DNA of 32,000 nucleotides from Candidatus Saccharimonadota bacterium (GTDB lineage Bacteria > Patescibacteriota > Gracilibacteria > Absconditabacterales > Absconditicoccaceae). Each line of letters opens with the position of its first letter. Position 1 is the first letter of the stretch. Below, one piece after another: positions 9,054-19,681 of the stretch. The notes beneath the pieces were generated by a model, which was given only the letters and a program-made list of their open reading frames with translations, did no database searches and was not told where the DNA came from. The position numbers were made by a program, and so were the translations under genes. Where the stretch lies: positions 330,001 through 362,000 of the forward strand of contig CP006913.1 of NCBI GenBank assembly GCA_000503875.1. The letters run 5' to 3'.

Positions 9054-12000
9054 TTAATCTATTTGCAACTCTATTTTTTGGAGAGGTTGTTTTGTTGCTA
9101 TTTTATTCTTTGATCTAATAAATAAACCCAAGGAAATAATTCTTCTAACCTTAGCAATTTCTTCAAGCAATGTCTTGTTTATATAGTGATGTGACCAAAG
9201 TGGTAAGTGAGTTAAATGAATAGATTCTATAGATTGTTTTCCTACAAATTGTTGTAATTGCAAAAATAAATGTTCACTAATAAATGGTGCAAATGAAGCA
9301 CAAAGTTTGATATAATGAAGAAGTACGGTATATAATGTTGCATATGCTGCATATTTATCTCAATCCATTCCTGATGCCCAGAATCTTCTTCTCGATCTTC
9401 TAATATACCAATTATTGAGTTTATCGATAAATCCAAGAGCTGCTTTTGCTCCAAGATCAAGTTGATATCCATCCATTGCTTGTTCTAATTCTTGAGCAGT
9501 ATCATGAAGGGCAGCTAAAATCCATTTATCGAGTTCATTATTGATGGTATAGGTAGGAATAGATATACTTTCTAGATGTTTAAGATGTAATTTTTCTGAT
9601 GTTGCATATGCTGTTTGCCAAAGGGTATCAATATAGGTTTCATGTGAAATTAAGAGAATATTTTTTCCAGAATATTGTTGTTTGATTTCTTCATAAAAAT
9701 TCAAAATTCATTCATTATCACCAAGTCTTTCATCAACAATTAATTTTATGTCTTTTGTTCTATAGGTAGTCATTGTTTTCTTGATACTTTCAGCAGTCTG
9801 TTGTGCTCTTGTCAAGGATGAACAAACAATTACGTCAGCATCTATTCTCAAAATCTGTTCAATGAAATTTGCCTGATGTAAACTAGATTCTCATTGGGTA
9901 GTGAGTTTTCCATCGTCACCAGCATCCGCTTGTGCATGTCTCATTACATAAAGATTTGGCGTTGTATACAAAAAATTATCTACTTTTGCATAGGTTTCAA
10001 AAAATTTATAAGCATTTGTTAATGCACTAGTGAAATCTTTATATACTTGATCAACTCCTTTTTCACTAAATCTCACGGGTTCTGCCTTTACCGCAGGGGA
10101 GGAAAGGAGATACATTCTATATGCATCAGAACCATATTTTTCGAAAAGTGTTTGCGGCTCTGGATAATTTTTGAGTTTCTTGGACATTTTCTTACCATCT
10201 TCGGCAAGTACCATACCATTAATAATCACATTATTGAAAGAATTTTGTTTCATAACAGCATTTCCTACGACATGCATAGTTCTAAACCAACCTCTTGTTT
10301 GGTCAAGTCCTTCGATAATAAAGTCCGCAGGATAAATAAATTGTTTTGCTCCTTTTGTAGAATACGTTTGATTTCCTAAATAATTAGCTTGCCCAAATGG
10401 CATAGCTCCTGATTCAAACCAACAATCCATAACTTCCAAAATTCTTTTATAGACGTTTCCTTCAATAGTAAACCGATAATTGTCTACATATGGTTTGTGT
10501 AAATCTACCTGCTTATTATAAGTATTATCCCAATAATGAATTCCAAATTCTGCATTTTCCAACAAAAGTTCTTTTCTATGTGAATGATAATCTTTTTGAG
10601 CAAAAGAATTTCTACACATTGCCATAGTATCATTGTGGGCAACATAAAGAAGAGTTGCACTTGGGTATTTTGTATTCCAATCAGCAACACAAGTTTTGGT
10701 CCTTTCTAACATCAAAGAAACGGTTTCTCATTCATTGGATATTGGTTGTGTTCGGTCATATCGATTCAACGTGTCGCAGCTACAAAATTTATCTTGAATA
10801 TCAGGAGAAAGATGATCAGTAATACGATAATCAATAAAAATATTATTTCAAAGATCAAAAATAGTCTGATTTTTTTTGTCATGGATATAATCCATTATTT
10901 TTCATTCACTCCATAATTTCTGGTAATGTTCAATTTGTTTGTAATACTTGTTTTTTATTTCTTCTACAAGTTTTTTATCATATAATTCTAGCAATGTTGG
11001 CTCAATAGTTAAAAGAGCTCTCTGCAGCGGAGAAAGAACGATAACAAGATTGTTTTTGTCCGTTGTATATTTTACCAGTTGCTTAGGTAATGCCTGTGCC
11101 TGTTTGTTTCCTTCTTCAGAGAGAACTGGTTTTCCGAAGCTATCGCAGAGTTTCTTTTCGTTGTAATCTGTTTTGCCATGTCTAAGAAAGATATTTCTGG
11201 TAATATTCTTAGATCATGTTAATGTGTTAATATATAATTCATCCAAAGTTCATATAACAATCTTTTCTTCTAAATTATTTTCGTTTTCCCAAACAGGAAT
11301 TGGAGATCATCGATATCTATTTCTTGCAAGGTTCCAATCTGGAGCAGAAGAAAGAACATCAGAAAATCTATTTTTGATAGTTTCTGGTACAAATCCAATG
11401 TGATCTGCATTAGGTACGGTAGTTTTGGTAAGTTCTGGTTCTTTGATAAACCAGCTTGTAAGAGCTTTACAAATCAATGGTGTATCACATCTTCGACAAT
11501 GAGGATAAGAGTGACTATATGATTTTTGAAGAACTAATTTTCCTTCTAATTTAAGTCTAGCGATAATGTCTTTGTTGGCATCATAAACTCTGATTCATTG
11601 ATATTCTGGTACTTGATCCGTAAATTCCGCATAATCATTGAGTGGTAAGAAAAGCCAATTTTTGGCATCTTCTCTTGGCAGAAAAGCAGCGACTGCTTCA
11701 AAATCTTCTATACCAAAACTTGGTGCAATATGCACAATTCCAGTTCCATCTTCTGTGCTTACAAAATCAGCTGCTATAACTTTACAAAATTGATCTCTGT
11801 AATTATCAGGAAGTGCTTTTTTGATATACGGAAGAATTGGTTCATAAGAAAGTCAGATTATATGTTCTCATTTGAAAATATTTACTATCAAATATTCTTC
11901 TGGAGATTTATAATATTGTTTGAGTAGAGCTTGTGCAATAATATAATATTCTTTGCTATTTTTATCAAACACCATAACATATTCTATATGTTTTCCTACA

Positions 12001-13178
12001 GCTAAGAAGCTATTTCCTGGTAAAGTCCATGGAGTAGTAGTCCATGCAAGAACATTAACTGTTGCATCTCAATCTGCTTGTAATGTAGATATTTCTTGTG
12101 CTATTTTGTTATGATATACATACAAATCATAAAATTGATGAGTGATTTCATATTCATCATCTATAACTGTTTCCTCGATTTTTACAGCAAAACCAAGTGA
12201 ATTATCAGATTCTATAATTTCTGCCCAAACGCTATGAGTATGTTTTTCTGGTTCAAGATTTTTTGGTTCACCAGTATATTCTACATCTATGATATTTAGA
12301 TTAAATAACCCATGAGGCATAATTTCTTTGAAACTTCCAAGGTTATTGATTTTTGTTACATCAATACCCATCTCTTCTTTTAATTCTTTGCTGACTGTTT
12401 TTTCTAAGCTATCGCCAGTATTAATTTTTCCACCAGGGAAAACATATTTTTGTGCTTTTTTGTGATATAACATAAAAAATTTATTATCTTTTTTGAGTAC
12501 ACAATCCACAACTTGTATAAACCCATCATGAGTTGATTCATATTCAGAAGAAGGTGTTTTGTTTATGGCAAATTTGATAGTGATCGCAGGATCTTGTTTA
12601 TCTTGATATCCTTCATTTACTTCAGAATTAGAAAGCGATGTTGCACAGCTAGGGCAGTACCATTGTACTTTAAATCATTTATATACAAGATTCTGATCAT
12701 ACATATTTTTAAATGACCAAAGCACGGATTCCATAAAATCAAGGTCCATAGTGTAGTATGCATGATCCATATCTGCCCATCTTCCTATACTATCTACAAA
12801 TATTCTCCATTCATCACTAGTAGAACTTACGTATTTTCTACATTCTTCTATAAATTTTTCCATTCAGATTTTTTGTTCGATATCTTTTTTTCCATCGATT
12901 CCCAAAAATTTTTCAACCGCTTTTTCCACAGGAAGCCCATGACAATCTCGTCATCGTTCTCTGTTTACCTTATATCATTTCATAGTTTTGTATCTCAAAA
13001 TTGTGTCTTTCATAGAAGACGCAAGGCCATGTCAAAAATGAGGTGTTCCTGATGCAAATGGAGGACCATCATACGTACGTGATTGAAACATGTCAGATCT
13101 TTGATCCAATGTTTTTTGAAAAATAGTATTGGTTTTCCAATATTCTGTAATTTTGGTAAGAAGTTCTTTTTGATCCAT
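9054..13178 (-). CDS. ileS: Isoleucyl-tRNA synthetase (type-2-like core), 1374 aa, with three inserted accessory domains
   Basis: All five track fragments share one frame. I translated every gap (9264-9359, 9705-9890, 10716-12068, 12510-12674, 12864-13178) and found 18 TGA and no TAA or TAG. Motifs read: PHF-[TGA]-H (HIGH), [TGA][CGA]DCHGLP (GWD), AWTTTPWTLPGN, GTGIVHIAPSFG, SYPHC[CGA]RC, DWNLARNRY[CGA][TGA]SPIPVW, DQTRGWF, KMSKKL, NNWYIRRSRRRFW. Confidence 0.9.
9540..9971 (-). other. IleRS insertion 3: short histidine-phosphatase (SixA/PGAM-like) domain inside the anticodon-binding region
   Basis: LYVMRHAQADAG..., VCSSLTRAQQTAESI and LLISHETY lie between FFETYAKVDNF and NELDKWILAAL. Confidence 0.6.
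10509..11231 (-). other. IleRS insertion 2: histidine-phosphatase (PGAM-family) domain
   Basis: IFLRHGKTDYN, IVLSPLQRALLT, NEGETVSLMLER and LLYVAHNDTM lie between PIPVWENE..GTLDELY and VDLHKPYVDNY. Confidence 0.65.
12054..12569 (-). other. IleRS insertion 1: Nudix hydrolase domain at the entry to the CP1/editing domain
   Basis: The Nudix box GGKINTGDSLEKTVSKELKEEMGI (about 12363-12431) matches GX5(E/D)X7(R/K)EUXEEXGU. It lies between DPAITIKF and VLAWTTTPW. Confidence 0.7.
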
Positions 13179-13231
13179 AATAAAATATATTTATAGTTTA
13201 AATAGAATAGTCTATGAAGCTAAAATATTTA

Positions 13232-14464
13232 TTACCCAATAAATGGAATTTTAACGCCCCAAAATCTTATTAAATCTTTGAAAATAATGTATATACCAAG
13301 TCCCATCAAAAGGACAAAGAAAAATAAATTAATAAATCATTCTATAGTAAAATATTTTTCAGGTTGTAATTTTCAAATCCATTGAATAATAACACTCAAT
13401 AATCTTCCTCCATCCAGTGCAGGAATAGGTAAAATATTGAATATAGCCAATGCCAAAGAAATAAGGCCAGCAAATGCTAGAAATTGTTTCCATCCACCAG
13501 ATTCTAATAACATATCTCCAAATTTAACAGCTCCAACAGGTCAACTAAGTTTATTTAATGCTCAGTTAATTTTTGTTTTATCAAAAGAAAAAAGATTTTT
13601 TCCCAGACTACCAAGTGCATGGAAAGTAAGCTGAGTTTGTGCTTTAATTTCTTTTAGAGCAATACCCATTGCAGGGACAAAAGGAAATTTAATAAGCGTT
13701 CATTCTAAATCAGCAAGACTTTTTTCATCAAATCCAGAATACATAAAGGCAATTCCCAAAAGACAACTTTCTGATTCACAAATTCATTTTACTTCACGAG
13801 AAACGCCGTTTCTTGTATAATAAAGAGAAATATCTCATCCAATATTATCTTTGAGTACTTGTTCTATATTCCAAGCATTGATGCTAACAGTATTTATACT
13901 TTTTATAATATCACCAGATTGGATTCCTAGTTGTTCTCCAAGCCCACCTGAAACGACTTCAAATACTTTTACAGGAACATTTTCTATAGTTTTTTTATTT
14001 GCTTCACTAATAAATCCTTTTTGATAAAGAAAACTTTTTGTAGGCATTAAATAACTTTCAATAGGCGTAGTTGTCATATTCTCTGAAACTAGAGAAATAG
14101 GCTTTGTACCAGCAGTAAAAACAAAAGTAAAAATAATCCATGCTGCCAAAAAATTTGCTGCAACTCATGCCACAAGGATAAGAAATTTCCCACCTATGTT
14201 GGCTTTGATAAAACTATCTTTTGCATTAAATTCTTCTTCGTGTTTTGGATCTTCACCTTTTAGTCTAACAAATCATCATAAAGGAATCAGATTTAATGTA
14301 TATTCTGTCCCCGTTTTATCTGTTCGTAATTTAAATATCTTTGGAGGAATACCAATTCCAAATTCCAATACTTTTACTCCGCTTTTTTTTGCAGCAATAA
14401 AATGTCAAAGTTCATGGATCAATACCAATCCCATAAACATCAAAATTCCTATAATCAATCCCAT
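13232..14464 (-). CDS. rseP: RseP-like site-2 (M50) zinc metalloprotease with a PDZ domain, 410 aa
   Basis: ATG at 14464. Motifs read: HEL-[TGA]-H (TGA at 14405-14407), a PDZ segment (GIQSGDIIKSIN) and NILPIPALDGGR. I translated the whole ORF by hand and the only internal stop triplets are TGA. TAA stop at 13232-13234. Confidence 0.85.
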
Positions 14465-14657
14465 ATCAAAATGTTTAAAAATAAAACGTTTCAAGAATAC
14501 AAAAAAGCCTGTTCAAATCAATAGATATATTGAATATATTATATCATAAAAAAGATAAAAAACAATAGATATACCTAGATATAAGCACTTTATTTTGGAA
14601 GAACAACTATTTGTGGTTATAATAGAGAAAGCAAATTTAATTATATAAAATATAGCT

Positions 14658-17600
14658 ATGAAAAAACATTGATTATTATTGTTCGTTCTTAGTGCAATTA
14701 GTTTGATAGCATGATTCAGTCATATACAAGCACAACAAACAACTAATTGAGAAATCAGATTAGAAATCAATGCATGAAATTCTTGTTGTATCTATGGTAC
14801 ATGAATCACATTTTGAAATAAAGATGTAAGCTTTTGAATAACTGAATTTTCTGGTGATTTTCTTAATTATTTTGGGGATAATGCTCGAAGCTGTAAAGAC
14901 ATGCAAGGAACGGAAACAGGATGGGCAATGTCCATTAGTATGTCTGGTTCATTAGTAAATGAAAAATGAAACATAATCCCTGCTCAAAATGTAAAAATAA
15001 GCTTTAGTCCAACAGTACAAAAAGCAGGAAATTGTATTCCGTACATAGGATGATGAAATGATATTCCCTTAAGTTGAACAATTCCTTTAGTTCAAAAAAA
15101 TGGAAACATTCCCGAAAATTATGGAAAAATCTGTGTATTAGAAACAACAGGAGTGAATTTGAAAGTGATAACAAATACTGGTCAGTCACCATGAAATTAC
15201 GTAGGAACGTTAGTGATAGATCTTCCAAATTTTATTTCCAATCAATGTGAAATTGGAGATTTACTAGAAGGAACATTACTTGATGCTGAAACAGATGGAG
15301 TTTCGTATCTCTCTTATCCATCATGAATATTTGGAGTAACGCAAAGCTGAGGAAAATTTAATTATAGAGAGGGTGATATTGTTTCGTTTAAACTTGCAAA
15401 TATAGAACTTGGAAGTGTAGCCCCTAGAAACGATAAAAAGGTTTTTGTGCCAGAATTATTAAATCTCCCAAGAACTGCATTTAATGAAGAAAGATCTATT
15501 AAAATATCTCAACTTCTTCAGTCGCTAGATAATGATAATAATCCTGATAATGGAATTATTATAACGCCAGAAGTCATCAACGCAATTACACAAACAGGAA
15601 GTATTGAAAATATTAATATAAATACGGTAGTTACAAGTGTAGGAAAAACTGTAAGAAATACAGTAGATGTTCAAGAACATCTTGGTGGAACATTGAAAGA
15701 ACAATTTATGATAGGAGTATCATTAGTTAAAGATATTAAAATATGAACAAGTTGATCTGATCTTACATGAGTAATGATTTTTGATAATAAAATGTATTTT
15801 GTCTCTGATGATGGAATTCATGGAAAAGAACTTTGGGTAAGTGATGGAACAAATTTATGAACGTATATGCTCAAAGATATCTGGCCAGGAACAATGGGTT
15901 CTTTTCCAGATAAGTTTTTATTGGGAAGTGGTCAATTATTTTTTGTTGCAACTGATGGAGAATATGGAAGAGAATTGCGAAGTACAGATGGAACTGAAGA
16001 AGGAACTCAAATGATTATAGATATTGTCATAAATGGAAATACATCAAGTCCTGGTAATTTTACGATTATGAATAATAAAGTGTATTTTGCAGCAACAGAT
16101 GGAATAAAATGACAAGAATTATGGACTAGTGATGGAACAATAAATGGAACATATATGATTAAAGATATCTATTCTGGTGGAAATGGTTCATCACCTTCAT
16201 TTTTAGTGGAAATGCAATGAAAATTATATTTTTCGGCTTCTAGTCTTTCGGGATCACAGCAATTATGGGTCAGCGATGGAACAGAAAATTGAACTTATGT
16301 AGTTAAGCCATGAGTAAATATATGAGTTCAAGTTCTTACTGTTGCTGAAAATAAAATATTTTTTCTATGAAACATCTCTCCGTATGGACAAGAGCTTTGG
16401 GTAAGCGATGGAACAGAAAGTTGAACATATATGGTCAAAGATATTTATCCTTGAACAAATAATTCATCTATAAGTTATATAAATCCCCAATTAGATAAAA
16501 TATATTTTCAGGCAAATAACGGAATAAATTGATCAGAATTGCGAATAAGTGATGGAACAGAAAGTTGAACATATATGGTAAAAGATATTTATCTTGGTAC
16601 GTGAACATCTTATATTTATAATAGCATGATTTTATGATCAGGTAAGGTGTATTTTAAAGCAACAGATGGTGTTCATGGATATGAACCATGGGTAAGTGAT
16701 GGAACAGAAAGTTGAACGTATATGCCAACAGATTTCATGCCACATTGAAGAAATTGAAGTCCGAGTAACTTAAATTATTGCAATAATAAATTATCTATGA
16801 GAGCTACAGAATGAAGTAGTATTAGATTTTTAGCATATGATTTAGTTAACGAAACAAAAGTAAATTTATGAGCTACAAGTATTGCAGCAGCTTGTTTAAA
16901 TACAACTTTATTTTTATCATTATATAATTGATCATATGGAGTAGAATTATACAAGACAGATTGAACTGTTTGAGGAACAGTTATGGTTAAAGATATAAAT
17001 CCAGGGACGAATAACTGAGATCCCAATAATTTAACAGTAGTTTGAGATAAACTTTATTTTGTAGCAAACAGTTCTTGATACTGAGTAGAATTACGAGTAA
17101 GTGATGGAACAAATATAGGAACATATATGGTCAAAGATATTTATTCTGGAACAACAAGTAGTAGTCCATATAATTTTATAGGATTTTGAGATAAAATTTA
17201 TTTTTTAGCAACTACTTCATGATATGGATATGAATTGCGAGTAAGTGATGGAACTAATGGAGGAACATATATGATGAAAGATATCTATTCTGGAAATACT
17301 ACTTCATCAATAAGTAATCTTATAGTATATTCAGGAAAACTTTATTTTAGTGCAAATAATTGAATTAATTGAGCTGAGTTACGAGTAAGTGATGGAACAG
17401 AAACATGAACATATATGGTAAAAGATATTTATTCTGGTAATAATAATTCTAGTCCAAGCAACTTTATTATTTACTTAGATAAATTATATTTTAGAGCAGA
17501 TAATAATACAAATTGAGTAGAATTATGGACAAGTGATGGAACAGAAAGCGGTACGTATATGGTAAAAGATATTTATTCTGGAAGTAGTGATTCATATCCT

Positions 17601-19562
17601 GCTAATTTAACTATTTTTTGAGATAAAATTTATTTTTGAGCACAAAGTTCATGAAGTTGATATGATTTATGGACAAGTAATGGTACAGAAACTGGAACAT
17701 ACATAGTTTATAATAGTTTGTCGCCAAATTATATAACGGTATTTTGAAATAAATTGTATTTTTCAGCCTATAATTCATTATATTGACAAGAACTATGGAC
17801 TAGTGATGGAACAGAAATTTGAACGTATATGGTCAAAGATATTTATACGTGAACAAATAATTCAGTACCATGATCATTTACATCAGCATGAGATGAATTA
17901 TTTTTCTCTGCTAATGATTGAATACATGGACAAGAATTACGAGTTACAGATGGAACAGAGTGATGAACACATTTATTTGATGATATTAGTCCTGATGGAA
18001 ATTATTTAGACTTTACCTTACTTGGAATACAAGAAGATAAAATATATTTAAGAGCAAGTTTTTTGACACAAACATGAATGGAATTATATATTTCACAAGA
18101 TGAATTTCAGTCCATGTCTTTGGTTAAAGATATATATGTATGACGAAACGCTAATTCAAGTCCAAGTAATTTTATAATTAATTGAGGTAAAGTATATTTT
18201 ACTGCATATGCTGCTGGATATTGAATAGAATTGTGGGAAACAGATTGAACAGAAAATGGAACTCAATTAGTCAAAGATATAAACCCATGAGCAGCAAGTT
18301 CAAATCCATATACTTTGATACCAAAATGAGATAATATTTTCTTTAAGGCAACGACATCTACTAACTGACAGGAACTTCGAATGACAGATTGAACAGAATG
18401 ATGAACCAAATTAGTCAAAGATATATATCCGGGTACAACAAGTTCAAGCATTGATTATCTTGTTGCAAATGATGATGCTCTTTATTTTTTTAGGGCAGAC
18501 AACGGCCTTGATTGATTAGAACTGTGGACTAGTGATGGAACAACTAATGGGACAACTCTAGTTAAAGATATATATATAGATTGATTAACATCTACTCCAA
18601 CACCAGAAGTTTTTATAAATAATAAATTATATTTTTCAGCTGCCGATAATAGATGACGTGAATTACGAACAAGTGATGGAACAAGTTGAGGTACTTCCTT
18701 ATTGAAAGATATAAATACAAGTGCTGGTTTAAATAGTAATCCATATAATTTTACAAAGTTATGAAATATTACATATTTTGCAGCTTGAGATGGAATAAAT
18801 TGAACAGAGTTACGAAGAAGTGATGGTACAGTTTGATGAACGTATATAGTTAAAGATATTTATGTCTGAGCAAATTATTCATCAACACCAAATAATTTAA
18901 CAGTTATGGATGATAAAATATATTTTGCAGCAAATAGCTCTTGATATTGAGTAGAATTATGGATTACCGACGGAACAAATGGATGAACACAAATAATAAA
19001 AGATATTTATTCATGAGCTAGTTCTTCATCACCTGTTAATTTAAGGGTTGCATGAGATAAAATATATTTTGCTGCAAATAATAATTATGGACAAGAATTG
19101 CGAGTAAGTGATGGAACAGCAAATGGTACTCAAATGATAAAAGATATCTACTCAGGAGCTAATAGTTCAAATCCACAAATACTTACAGTTATGGATGATA
19201 AAGTATATTTTAGAGCCAATAATTATTATAGTTGATCGGAGCTCCGAGTAACAGATGGAACCATATCTGGAACTGTTTTAGTAAAAGATATAGATCCAAG
19301 ACTCTATTACTCTTCTACTCCAAGTATTTTAACTTCAATCGGAAATAAACTTTATTTCTCAGCAATCAATCAACTCAATGGAAACGAGCTTCGAGTAACA
19401 GATGGTATAATTAATGGAACGGGAACCTATCTTGTAAAAGATCTTTGGAGTGGTTCACAAAATTCAAATCCTTCAAATATTGTTTCGTTAAATAATATTC
19501 TTTATTTCACTGCTCAAGATCAACTCAATTGATTAGAACTTCGAAGATTTGTAGAAGATTAA
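14658..19562 (+). CDS. Secreted giant ELWxxDGT-repeat protein, 1634 aa (signal peptide, ~370-aa N-terminal domain, ~25 repeats)
   Basis: ATG at 14658 and signal-like MKKHGLLLFVLSAISLIAGFSHIQAQ. Frame 3 is held through to TAA 19560-19562. I checked most of the length codon by codon and it contains dozens of TGA and no TAA or TAG. The track shows only 2 short pieces of it. Confidence 0.85.
15780..19559 (+). repeat. About 25 tandem coding repeats of ~50-55 aa. Consensus: ..(K)LYF.A.d...G.EL(W)vSDGT..GT.mVKDIy.G..sS.P.n.
   Basis: The periodic SDGT/TDGT and VKDIY strings were read directly from the sequence. Confidence 0.9.
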
Positions 19563-19586
19563 TAAGAAATTAATAAATAAAAAAAT

Positions 19587-19615
19587 AATCCCAGTGGAAT
19601 ATCTGGGATTTTTTA
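19587..19615 (+). terminator. Intrinsic terminator of the ELW-repeat gene
   Basis: Stem aatcccag/ctgggatt (19587-19594 / 19603-19610) followed by ttttt. Confidence 0.75.
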
Positions 19616-19681
19616 TTGCTATTTTTTCGAAAAAACTTAGAGTAATCCAAAACATAATATTTTATACCTTTTGACGAAACA

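Noticed and set aside
9540-12569. The IleRS insertions as inteins, or as independent genes nested in the locus
   Set aside because: The junctions lack intein block residues: there is no Cys, Ser or Thr at the N-extein boundary and no His-Asn at the C-terminal boundary. There are no stop or start signals and no RBS-like spacing. The inserts carry Nudix and His-phosphatase motifs rather than Hint or endonuclease motifs.
9054-13178. The track shows ileS as five separate ORFs, and likewise dnaG as 3, the TraD-like gene as 5 and cca as 2. This could be read as degraded pseudogenes or a set of small genes.
   Set aside because: For each gene, all the fragments share one frame. The intervening stretches contain only TGA, never TAA or TAG, and the conserved motifs run continuously across the junctions. 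Many 'M' starts in the track are TTG or GTG codons in the middle of domains.
16775-18451. ORFs 16775-17026 (minus), 18263-18451 (minus) and 17803-18009 (plus, frame 1) inside the ELW-repeat gene
   Set aside because: They are antisense or out of frame relative to a 4.9-kb ORF with a strong repeat periodicity. They appear only because the true frame is broken by TGA in the standard-code track.
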